Source: Lytechinus pictus (Eukaryota). Taken from it: a stretch of DNA of 64,000 nt. Below the pieces are notes generated by a model, which had not been told where the DNA came from, made no database searches, and saw only the letters and a list, made by a program, of their open reading frames with translations. The stretch covers positions 5,458,001 through 5,522,000 of the forward strand of contig NC_087245.1 of the NCBI RefSeq assembly GCF_037042905.1. Reading direction: 5' to 3'. This document shows positions 12,551 through 24,400 of the stretch, piece after piece (positions within the stretch are counted from its first letter, which is position 1; every line of letters begins with the position of its first letter). The position numbers and the translations under genes are program-made.

Positions 12551-14608
12551 TAGAGAAGTACATGTATGGAAATCATCTAGAATGAACCATTTCCTACATG
12601 AAATAAAGGTTTTCAATGGCTGAAAATATGTTGAAAAAGTCTGAATTCAGACTTTAATCTGAAGTGGCATTCTTGGATCACTAATATAAGATTAAATTCC
12701 AAATTTCCAATTTTAGTATATTTTGACGTAGGACTGTCACCAGGACGGGCAACTGTCATGTATTTACCATTTCCTCAAGTTCAACACTTTTCTCTCTGGG
12801 CTGTGGTGTAATCAAAACATCACATTCCCAGGATCACATTACACAGCATATTAGTAGATGTCCTACAAAAAAAATGCCACTGGTAGAGAGCTTCAGATAG
12901 AAAAGCAGTTCAGATATTTTATTCATTTGATGTTTTTTTTAATTTTATTGAGGCAAATGTGACCAGGCATGTGAAAACTGACAAATATGCCGCACTGTGT
13001 GATTTTCAGTAGAGGGGCTTTAAAAGTTACTTTGGTTAGAATGGTCAAATTTCAATTTTTACTATTTTGTTTCTCTATTTCTATTTTACTAGTTAGACTG
13101 TCTTTTTTTCTATGGGCTATAATAATTAATGTACCTAACACACCCTAATCACTGTTTTGACAGTTAATAATTTTGCCTTTTTAATGTTGCAATTTATTCT
13201 ACTTCTTGCAAACCAAATAATTCCCCTTATTTTGAACTCCAATAAATTGAAAGTAAATGATGTCTATTGTTGAAACTTCTCTGTAATCAAGAACAGGACG
13301 TGCCTAATGAGTGTGGCAAATTTGGAGCCCATTTGATGACCCCTTGTAGAAAAATTGGAATGAGTGCTAATCCACTTTTTGTCACCTTGCACAATAGTAC
13401 AAGGGTAAGTTTGCTTCAATAGACTTTAAATCTTATTTTCTCTCAAGTGACATTCTACAGTAGTCAATGTTATTTTGATGAGGGTTTGGAACATTCAAGT
13501 ATGTCATGTAACATCTTAAAGCCGAGATTCTCCTCTTTCAGTAGGGATATTTAACAGAAAATCTTACACCTCTTAAAATTGCATGTATTGGTGATTTTTC
13601 AACTTAAAATATCTGCCATGTGTATCACTATGGAAAATAATCATTGAACCACCAATTACACAAGTTGTCAGTGCTGATATTTTCAGGGAAATCCTTGGTT
13701 TGATAGGCAACTGACTGTTACTATGGTAACTGTCCGAGACAACTGTTCAGTGCTGACAACTTTCACGAACTGGTGATGGTCTATTATTATAGCTGTCACA
13801 CCAAATGGTGAGAGCTATCCTTGTGCAATCTCTCACTCAAGAGATTTGCAATGGTGCTAAAAGCAGCCAAGTTACGATGTTCACAGATAAACTGTAATTC
13901 TACAAGTATCTATTCATTCTGTCACATTTGTGTGTGTGCCTCTCTCTTTCTCTCCCTTCCATGCTCCATTTTGAAGGGGAAGTTCATCCTCCTGATAAGT
14001 TGGTTTTAATGAAAGAAAAAAATATGAAGGTTTAACAAAAATCTGAATACAATAATTATGAATTTCTATTTTTTTAATTAAGAGTAATATAATAATTAAA
14101 AAAAAATTCTAATATTTGAACAGTTCCTGGTGACTGCAAGTACTTTTGCCATAGAAGAAAGGCATATATGAAATGAGAAGTCTGATATTAAATGCACTGA
14201 TAAAATCATTTAGCAATTTTCAACGAACTTGAAGTTTGTTTAATTCATATGGGACAGGTTCACTCATGTGATATCACAAAATTAAAACTTAAAATATCCA
14301 TAACTCTTTGACAGATTTTCTATAAACCTGCATCAATATTTTCATTTTCTTTTTCTGCTTTCATTAAAACCAAGTAAATGCTATGGTAAATTTCCCCCTT
14401 CAACTCACATGAACCTTGATCAATGAATTCAAATGGATTGTCACTCTTGTAATCCAATCATAATTAGTCATTACATTATGCATTTTAATTCATTGTTTTT
14501 TTCACAGAATTATTTACAGATGTATTCTTCTTTTATCAAAGACTTTCAACATATTCAATTTTCTTTTTTTTAGTAAAAAATTAGAGTACGAATACATAAA
14601 AATACATA

Positions 14609-14907
14609 GGCCCGTATTCTGAACTCGGGATTAAATCAAACCCTGGTTAATAGTTGTGGTTTAAGTATGGAGAGCCATTTGGGGCACAAATCCCTAACAA
14701 TACACATCCAATTTATTGACTCATATGACACCCAAATCGTTCATAATTGTCTGAGAATGATAGCTGAAGTATTTTGAAGTATTTTTCCGCCTTGTGAAAG
14801 CAAAAGGAAACAAAACAGTAAAACAGAAATTTTGAATTTTTGGCTCCCCATAATTTTAGCACAGATTTAGATCGTGGTCTAAGTTAAACTCGACTTCAGA
14901 AACGGGC
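14609..14907. mobile_element. Harbinger-like MITE
   Basis: GGCCCGTATTCTGAACTCGGG ... CTCGACTTCAGAAACGGGC imperfect TIRs. Confidence 0.7.
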
Positions 14908-16103
14908 AATAATGTGCCTGCTTTGCAGACTGACTTTGTAAGAAAAGATGAAATACTGTCATGGATGCTCCTTATTGCCCGCTCATAATAAATGATCATT
15001 TAAGTGATCACATGATTGGATGTGTGATGGCAAACAGAGTTATCACATAGTACAATAAATGCCACAGACAAATAAATTGAAGGAAACTTTATAAAAAAGA
15101 TTCCAGATAATATTGCAAAATACATAAATGCTCAGATTCTGATTTGATGGATAATAGAATTCCTTTTTCCAATGAGGGTTATGATACGATTCCCTGATCT
15201 AATTTCAATAGAATAATCGCGGTTGATTGAAATTACCCTATAAAACTATACTGTACATACGATACACCCTGGATTTGCAAGGAAAGCGGTCAGGAAAAAT
15301 GTTAAAATATAAACGCAACTTTATCCCGCCTAAAGGAACCTTTTCTTCCATTATGGTGATGATCCTGTAGCCCTTAAATGTTGTTATCTACACTTAACCA
15401 CATGATGGCGCTTTAGAAATATCATGTAGAGCAATTGATAAGGGAGTTTAGCCAACACCTCACACAATTTATTCTAAAATCCAGTTAACAGAGTACACAA
15501 GTCTCCATTCTCATTTAAAGAAAAACAAAATTTCCATTAAATCTATTGCTCTCTATTTTTCTTCATAAGACTGTTCATATACAACCTTTTCAGCAACCTT
15601 TTTATGCAATTGGTTTTGGGATAATTGTTAGGGAGAGATCACTTTGTTCATTTCCATCACCGACATGCCCCCCCCCAAAAAAAAAAAAAAAAAAAGAAGA
15701 GGGAATGCCTTTTCTTCTTTTGCTTTTTTTTTCTTCAATTGGTTATTACTATCAGTACTTATTATTCTCACACTGATATATAACTTTCTTGTATTTTGGA
15801 CATCTAAATATAAACTACCAAAGAATTTAAACAAACTTTTTTTTATACAAATAGAAGAGAAAAATTTGTGCTGCAATCTGCAATCATTATTTTCCTTACA
15901 ATATAATTTAGTCTTCCTGCTTTCAATCTTTTTCACATTATCATCATATTGGGAATAATAAAGCAAATTGCAGTTTTGCTTTGATAATTGTAGCTCATCT
16001 AAAAGCATCAATGCTATGCAAAGATTCACTCCACCAAAATCTCACAGAATAGTTCATGAAGAATGTTTGAGAAAGCGAACAAAGGCAGGATGATTTGTCC
16101 TCA

Positions 16104-16227
16104 TCATCTCGATGTTTCTGTCTTTGCCTTTTGTTTGTCCTTCTGTCTCACTCCCGTCTCCCTGAATTCCTTCCTTTCAGCTAAATACTCTTTCTTGCAC
16201 ATTTCAAAGAACTCCTTATCCTGGTAG
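16104..16227 (-). CDS. CMC1: CMC1 (COX assembly mitochondrial protein, twin CX9C) last coding exon
   Basis: cttgcAG|c, then YQDKEFFEMCKKEYLAERKEFRETGVRQKDKQKAKTETSR*; matches the CMC1 C-terminal pattern C.KEYL.ER.EFR.TG; the phase-2 junction fits the previous exon. Confidence 0.95.
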
Positions 16228-16604
16228 CTGCAAGATATTAACAATTATAACATAAAAGCACATCAAGGTTCATATCACTTGAAAATCCAAGGATGAGGAC
16301 CAAGTTATAAATGCTCCAGACACAAGACTATTATTACACATTACCAAAAACTGTAGAGAAACATGTTTATAGAACATAAATATTGCATTATTCTCCAGAT
16401 ACCATACCATGCACTTTACTTGAGTGTGTCCCAAGAAAATTGAAAGAGCAGGCAAGCTAGCAGATACATGTATGTACCATTATGATTTCATATCAAGAGG
16501 GGCGGAGTTTCAGGCAAAGCCTTTCTCACCCCCCCCCCACAACAGTGTTGTTGCTGCCTAACCCTTCCCTACTTAGAGCCTGGATAAATAATGAAAATAC
16601 ATAC

Positions 16605-16695
16605 TATCCACTAATACAGTCCTTTAGTGCTCTATTTTCCTTTCGACATGAAAATGCCATGGTCAGTCCTTTCTCCTTACAGCATCTAGTGAATT
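16605..16695 (-). CDS. CMC1: CMC1 internal exon (91 nt)
   Basis: caccAG|...|GTATGT; (E)FTRCCKEKGLTMAFSCRKENRALKDCISG(Y); contains the second CX9C (CRKENRALKDC). Confidence 0.95.
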
Positions 16696-17439
16696 CTGGT
16701 GAAATAAGATAAAATAATATATTTTGAAATATTCATTATGTAGAACTACATGATTATGACAAAATATGACTGTTACTACTACTACTACTAATAATAATCC
16801 GCTTTTATATCTATAGCGCTTAATACAAATGCCCATTATTCTCATAAAAATATATTCCACTTCATTCTTTGTCACATGAAAGCAAACTTACAAATCTTCT
16901 GGTTTCTTGGTTAGGATCCAATAGCAATAATAATGTTATCCCACATCTCACAGTACATTTTCAATTGTTTTATGACAAGTATAATACTGGAAATAATAAA
17001 TAGTCTGCAGGGTGGGTATGATTGCTTTATAAGTTACCATTATCATTACAAAGTCATAGCAAACAATAAAACAAATCACATAACTACTTTATCATCACTT
17101 CTTTCAGAAAGTAAACAAAAAAGATGTGCTGATTATAAAAAATAAAAACATTTCAAAGTTATAGATGCTGAAAATCTATGATATCAATTATTTGAACATT
17201 GATAACAATGGTAAAAGACAATTGCATATCTTTGGTTGTTATCATACCCAATTTCATTACTTTCATATTTTTTTCATGAAAGGGAAATCATCAACCCTAT
17301 TCCTCTATTAGTCTACTTCCCCTTACTTTCATTTAAAAAATATTGTCCACTTTTTCTCTTGTTAGTAATGCTGAAATGAAGAGATGTAATAGCTAGGGAG
17401 GATTTTGTCTTTTGTGAAAAAGGTTTAGGAAGATTTTAT

Positions 17440-17930
17440 AAATCTCTGTAGTTGTCCGATGTTACGACTGTCTTGTCATTGGTTTTCAAGGGGCCTAGGC
17501 GCACTTGCAGTCCACGTGTGCCAAGTCTAACCCATTATGTGTTTATGCATGAGACACCTGCATAAGGGACTATTGCTCATCCCCTCAAATCTCTTTCTCA
17601 TGCATATATCCCAAATGCATGTAAATTATACACAATGTCTGTGATCTCATGCCGAGTCACAGTTAAAAAAAACTCATAGAAGATCTTACATATTTTTGGT
17701 CTTTGAAATTCCAGATAATACTTTAGAGCAGTGGCGGACGCAGACCAATGTCATACAATGAAAGTATCCGGCCCATGCATAAACATAATACAACCGCTTT
17801 TGTCCCCAGATAATTGGGCCGGAGAAATGCATTCAGTTCGGATTTTAGAGGCTGTATGAATATCATCAATAATACACATGGGACATTTGCAGGACTGTTC
17901 TGTTCGCTATACGGTAGACCCCAATATTTT
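17440..17930 (-). mobile_element. Highly degraded LINE (RTE-like) 3' ORF remnant in a CMC1 intron
   Basis: More GC-rich segment with frameshifted motifs loosely resembling CLRSILGI and LRW.GHV; weak. Confidence 0.3.
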
Positions 17931-18214
17931 CCCTAAAGTGATTTATTTTCAAAATGCAACTTCTACTTCGAGTATTTGTTTATCACTCTAAATAATGAAG
18001 ACTGAGGGTACTTAAAGAAAACATGGAAAAGGATCAATATACCACTCAAACAAAATAGAGATAAATGGCAAACTGTGTGTAGCTTATCACAAATTATAAA
18101 TTCATAATTGTTCGGAGCTGTTAGAACCATCATCATTGATAACTGTTCACTTTTTATATGTTGCTTTTGTAATTTGCTAAAAATCAAATTTCAACTATTA
18201 TAGTTATTTCTTAC

Positions 18215-18319
18215 CATCAACATACTCTGAACATCGTAGTTTTGCTTTCTCCCTCATCTTTTTTGGGATAAGCACCTCAACTTCTACTTTTCTAAGGAAT
18301 TCCTCATCCTCTTGCCAAG
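18215..18319 (-). CDS. CMC1: CMC1 internal exon (105 nt)
   Basis: tttttAG|...|GTAAG; WQEDEEFLRKVEVEVLIPKKMREKAKLRCSEYVD, matching CMC1 LR.VE..VLIPK.MREKAK.RC; with the next exon it forms the first CX9C (CSEYVDEFTRC). Confidence 0.95.
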
Positions 18320-20166
18320 CTAAAAACAAAATAAAAAGAATAAAATTGTATTATTACTATCTCTGTTTTATGTGGCGATGCATCTGCATTTTCAGCTTGT
18401 TTTTTTAACTTCGTATAATGAATGTCAGGCTTCTTAACCACTGCGCAAATTATTTTGACCGCGCCACTCGCAAACTTTTCATTGTCACATCTTGTGCAAC
18501 TTTTGTGATAAAATTTGTGATGCCGAGGTACGCAGTTACAAATTACGCAACAAGATATGCAAGTGCACGTCGGACCGAAAATTGCTCAAAAACATGATTT
18601 CATGTAGGGGGGGGGGTGCCTGGACACTTTAAAATTTTGAAGCAGTTTTTGTCTTTGGATTACACAAAAAATATGAATTAAATGGCAGTTTAAAATCAAT
18701 TGTTCGGACAAATAACAACTGGGTATAACAAAGTCGATACAAAATGCGTTTTCAGCTAATATTCATAGAAAGAGTTTTTTTTGCGACAGCACCATAAAAA
18801 AGGCCCAGCCCAACCCGACTCTTCTCCTAACTTTTATTTTTTTTATCACTTAGTTCGAAATAGGGTGGCGGTTCCCATATTCACCTGTTCACTTCTCAGG
18901 AATTGTCAAAAAACATGCAAACTGTAGTATGGTAAGTTGGAAAGTTAGACTTAGACTTTGAGTCTTGTGTGACTCTCGTCTGCTAAATAAAAAAAACATC
19001 AAGCCATAGAAGTTGTGTGTTGTTTATGTTGTGGACGCCAGAAGTGGCGTCGCAGCATGAGCAACCCACTAACTTTTTAGTTAAAAATCCACTGCCACAC
19101 GCGGTTCCTTGTGCGAGGTTAGTATACTGATACTAACCTCGCACTAGTGTGAGATACTAAATAAGGTAGGACAACGAAACAGCATTTCTACTAAAAAGCA
19201 TTACCTTAATATGTTCTTTATTAGCATTATTATTATTATCACAGACATTGATAAAAACTTACCTCAAAATTTCCTCAATAAAATCATGTAAGCATATTGG
19301 TCCATCCCTATATGCTATACTGTGTGGGCTAGTGGCTAAAAATAGGCATTTCCTACTTCATGCTGACCTAGGAGTAGGACTGCTTGAGCCTCTGAGAGGA
19401 GCAGTGGAAACATGTCACATCAATAGATAATCAACTTTGCTGCCAGAAAATGTGAAGATGTCGCTAAGTTTAACTTTTGAGGCCAACTCACCTATTTGAC
19501 TTTTTGGACACATGTCTACAGCATAAATCTCAATTCAATTCAATTCTATGGTTTATTCAATTCCAATTAAAATCAATACAGAGTATAGATTAGAATACAG
19601 TTATAACAAATACAATGTAGGATGGGGGGGGGGGGGGTCAAGTGTCCGGATACTTTATATTTTTGAAGCCTTCTTTTTTTGTCTTTGGATTACACTAAAA
19701 ATATGAATTCAATGGAACTTATAAATCATCTTCTATTTGTTCTCTATAATATTTCCTTGATGAAACTTCGCTAGTAATTTTTTCCAAATGACTTTCTAAA
19801 ATTGATCGTCCGGACACACAATAACTGGTTAAACAATCAATAAGGCAAGAAAGTAAGGTACATGTAAAATAAGTAAATAAACAGATACAAATGACAATAA
19901 CAAAATACGATATTGAAATTGGGTGGTCATAAAAACTTATAATCAAAGTTTGTCGAGATAACCACCCTTATAATTATATAAATAAAATAAGCCAAATTTA
20001 GTAAAATGCTAATTTGAAATGAAATTTATTAAATAATTTAAATCATTTGATAATACATGTACATGTAGACTCTAGTTAAATAAAACAAGTTTAACTGCAC
20101 AAACCCAACACATAAGCCACAAGGGCAGTAATAATCCTTACTTTCACACACTATTGTATTGATTAA

Positions 20167-20702
20167 AGTAGGACGAGTCCACCCCAACACATAGTTGATT
20201 TGAATGACAAGAGAAAAATCTAACAAACATAACACTGAAAATTTCACCAAAATGTAAAATAAGAAAGTTATGACATTTTAAAGTTTTGCTTAATTTCACA
20301 AAATAATTATATGTACATTCTGGTCGGTATGCAAATGAGGAGACTGATGATGTCATCCACTCACTATTTCCTTTGTACTTTATTATATGAAATATTCTAA
20401 TTTTCTCCTTATGTGGAATTAGCCTTGTTTAATACTATATGCTTCAGTCAAGTTGGCTGTTATTGTCAAATCTGTAAAAAATGAAATAATGTACAATTCA
20501 AACAATAAAAAACAAAAGAAATACTAGTAGTGAGTGAGGGACATCATCAAATTTAAAACAGTGTTTGTGGAAAAGACTAAACTTTAATCAAAAAACTTTC
20601 TTATTTTCCATCTGATTTTGATGAATTTTTCGGTGTTATGCTAGTTTGATTTTTCTCTATTTCTTAATTCAATTCAACATTTTTTTGAGGTGGACTTGAC
20701 CT
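20167..20702. mobile_element. TTAA-flanked MITE (Kolobok-like)
   Basis: TTAA|AG..GACGAGTCCACC ... GGTGGACTTGACCT|TTAA, with inverted subterminal blocks. Confidence 0.7.
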
Positions 20703-20857
20703 TTAAATATAGACTCTAGATCTAGTTTTAATTTCCTGCAAAGAAAGCATTTGTTGAACTGATTGATCTTATTTCTAGCCTACCTAGTCCTAGACGGTAG
20801 TAGATCTAGAAATTCATGATGTTTGTCTAAAGTATATCTAGGCTCCAGTTAACCCAG

Positions 20858-21249
20858 GGACTAGGGTAGATTGTGGTCTCAATAACTTGGAAAGAAAATT
20901 GTGAAAACAGAAATTATGCACTTACGATTATATGGATGAAGGTCTATCGTGTGGCAGTATCCCGACATCAAGGCACAGACTGGTACCTCAAAAAAAACGA
21001 AAAAAGTTATCTCCTACCCCAGTCTCGATCGGCCATTTTGTTATGAATTTTGAAAGAATTACGGTAGGAGAGGTATCGTGACAGAACTTTTCGTTTTTTT
21101 GAGGTTCCAGTCTGTGCCTCGATGTCAGGATACTGCCACACGATAGACCTTCATCCATATAATCGTGATAAGGGCATCATTTCTGTTTTCACAATTTTCT
21201 TTCCAAGTTATTGACATGCATGATTGAGACCACAATCTACCCTTGTCCC
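20858..21249. repeat. ~390-bp imperfect palindrome (arms ~160-185 bp, loop ~45 bp)
   Basis: GGGACTAGGGTAGATTGTGGTCTCAAT/ATTGAGACCACAATCTACCCTTGTCCC; TCAATAACTTGGAAAGAAAATTGTGAAAACAGAAAT/ATTTCTGTTTTCACAATTTTCTTTCCAAGTTATTGA; ACGATTATATGGATGAAGGTCTATCGTGTGGCAGTATCC and its reverse complement. Confidence 0.92.
21018..21036 (-). CDS. CMC1: Candidate CMC1 first coding exon (MADRDW + phase-1 G)
   Basis: caaaATGGCC context, 19 coding nt, donor G|GTAGGA, phase compatible with 18319. An alternative start exon (ac ATG TGT CCA AAA AGT CAA ATA G|GTGAGT, ~19492-19515) is also in phase. Confidence 0.4.
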
Positions 21250-21282
21250 GTGTCTATGTCTAAATGCAGCTGGAGTAGAGTC

Positions 21283-21425
21283 AGCCAACAATAAGCTAGC
21301 CAACAGCAAGCCAGCCAACAGTTCCAGCCAACAATATCGCGATGTAAGATAGATCAGATACAGGATTTTGCGCACGAAGAGAAGCGTGCATGCATTCTTG
21401 TACAAATCAAACAAACGGGGTCAGG
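21283..21425 (+). repeat. Left terminal inverted repeat (143 bp) with four AGCCAACA motifs
   Basis: Reverse complement of 49384-49522, differing by 2 substitutions and one 4-bp indel. Confidence 0.95.
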
Positions 21426-21426
21426 T

Positions 21427-24400
21427 GGGGTTTCCCTTCTTTCAATTTGTAAAGAAAAACAACGGGCTAGTGCTTAAATTTTAGTAGCCCACACCCCTAT
21501 ATACTCTATGTGTTTTCGTATATTGAGGAGTAAATTTCAACTAAAAGTCCTCTTTATAAAATACAATTGGAAGATTGCTCCTGAAATATATTTTGGGTGT
21601 GTGGAGGGGGGTTTCCCTTCTTTCAATTTGTATAAAGAAAAACAACGGGCTGGTGCTTTAGTTTTAGTAGCCCACACCCCTATATACTCTAGGTTTTTTC
21701 GTGTATTGAGGAGTAAATTTCAACTAAACGTCCTCTCTATACAACACAATTGGAAGATTGCTCCTGAAATATATTTTTGGTGTGTAGAGGGGGGTTTCCC
21801 TTCTTTCAATTTGTAAAGAAAAACAAGGGGCTAGTGCCTTCGTTTAAGTAGCCCACACTCATATACATTCCTATATATTCCACGCTTTTATATATATTGA
21901 GGAATAAATTTGAACTAAAAGTCCTCTTTATAAAATACAATTGGAAGAATTGCTCCTGAAATTTATTTTGGGTGTGTGTATAGGGGGGTTTCCCTTCTTT
22001 CAATTTGTAAAGAAACACAACGGGCTAGTGCTTTAATTTTAGTAGCCCACACCCCTATATACTCTATGTTTTTTCGTATATCGAGGAGTAAATTTGAACT
22101 AAAAGTCCTCTTTATTAAATACAATTGGAAAATTGCTCCTGAAATGTATTTTGGGTGTGTGGAGGGGGGTTTCCCTTCTTTCAATTTGTAAAGAAAAACA
22201 AGGGGCTAGTGCCTTAGTTTTTGTAGCCCACACTCATATACATTCCTATATATTCCACGTTTTTATATATATTGAGGAGTAAATTTGAACTAAAAGTCCT
22301 CTTTATAAAATACAATTGGAAGATTGCTCCTGAAATATATTTTGGGTGTGTGGAGGGGGGTTTCCCTTCTTTCAATTTGTAAAGAAAAACAAGGGGCTAG
22401 TGCCTTAGTTTTTGTAGCCCACACTCATATACATTCCTATATATTCCACGTTTTTATATATATTGAGGAGTAAATTTGAACTAAAAGTCCTCTTTATAAA
22501 ATACAATTGGAAGATTGCTCCTGAAATATATTTTGGGTGTGTGGAGGGGGGTTTCCCTTCTTTCAATTTGTAAAGAAAAACAAGGGGCTAGTGCCTTCGT
22601 TTAAGTAGCCCACACTCATATACATTCCTATATATTCCACGCTTTTATATATATTGAGGAATAAATTTGAACTAAAAGTCCTCTTTATAAAATACAATTG
22701 GAAGATTGCTCCTGAAATTTATTTTGGGTGTGTGTAGGGGGGTTTCCCTTCTTTCAATTTGTAAAGAAACACAACGGGCTAGTGCTTTAATTTTAGTAGC
22801 CCACACCCCTATATACTCTATGTTTTGTCGTATATTGAGGAGTAAATTTCAACAAAAAGTCCTCTTTATAAAATACAATTGGAAGATTGCTCCTCAAATA
22901 TATTTTGGGTGTGTGTAGGGGGGTTTCCCTTCTTTCAATTTGTAAAGAAAAACAACGGGCTAGTGCTTTAGTGTTAGTAGCCCACACCCCTATATACTCT
23001 ATGTTTTTTCGTATATTGAGGAGTAAATTTGAACTAAAAGTCCTCTTTATTAAATACAATTGGAAGATTGCTCCTGAAATATATTTTGGGTGTGTAGAGG
23101 GGGGTTTCCCTTCTTTCAATTTGTAAAGAAAAACAAGGGGCTAGTGCCTTCGTTTTAGTAGCCCACACTCATATACATTCCTATATATTCCACGTTTTTA
23201 TATATTCGAGGAGTAAATTTGAACTAAAAGACCTCTTTATAAAATACAATTGGAAGATTGCTCCTGAAATTTATTTTGGGTGTGTGTAGGGGGGTTTCCC
23301 TTCTTTCAATTTGTAAAGAAAAACAACGGGCTAGTGCTTTAGTTTTAGTAGCCCACACCCCTATATACTCTATGTTTTTTCGTATATTGAGGAGTAAATT
23401 TCAACTAAAAGTCCTCTTTATAAAATACAATTGGAAGATTGCTCCTGAAATATATTTTGGGTGTGTGTAGGGGGGTTTCCCTTCTTTCAATTTGTAAAGA
23501 AAAACAAGGGGCTAGTGCCTTCGTTTAAGTAGCCCACACTCATATACATTCCTATATATTCCACGCTTTTATATATATTGAGGAATAAATTTGAACTAAA
23601 AGTCCTCTTTATAAAATACAATTGGAAGATTGCTCCTGAAATTTATTTTGGGTGTGTGTATAGGGGGGTTTCCCTTCTTTCAATTTGTAAAGAAACACAA
23701 CGGGCTAGTGCTTTAATTTTAGTAGCCCACACCCCTATATACTCTATGTTTTGTCGTATATTGACGAGTAAATTTCAACAAAAAGTCCTCTTTATAAAAT
23801 ACAATTGGAAGATTGCTCCTGAAATATATTTTGGGTGTGTGTAGGGGGGTTTCCCTTCTTTCAATTTGAAAAGAAAAACAACGGGCTAGTGCTTTAGTGT
23901 TAGTAGCCCACACCCCTATATACTCTATGTTTTTTCGTATATTGAGGAGTAAATTTGAACTAAAAGTCCTCTTTATTAAATACAATTGGAAAATTGCTCC
24001 TGAAATGTATTTTGGGTGTGTGGAGGGGGGTTTCCCTTCTTTCAATTTGTAAAGAAAAACAAGGGGCTAGTGCCTTAGTTTTTGTAGCCCACACTCATAT
24101 ACATTCCTATATATTCCACGTTTTTATATATATTGAGGAGTAAATTTGAACTAAAAGTCCTCTTTATAAAATACAATTGGAAGATTGCTCCTGAAATATA
24201 TTTTGGGTGTGTGGAGGGGGGTTTCCCTTCTTTCAATTTGTATAAAGAAAAACAACGGGCTGGTGCTTTAGTTTTAGTAGCCCACACCCCTATATACTCT
24301 AGGTTTTTTCGTGTATTGAGGAGTAAATTTCAACTAAACGTCCTCTCTATACAACACAATTGGAAGATTGCTCCTGAAATATATTTTTGGTGTGTAGAGG

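Noticed and set aside
18600..19850. Two similar G-run-containing segments (~18600 and ~19620)
   Set aside because: Diverged fragments of an ordinary dispersed repeat, with no TSD or LTR hallmarks.
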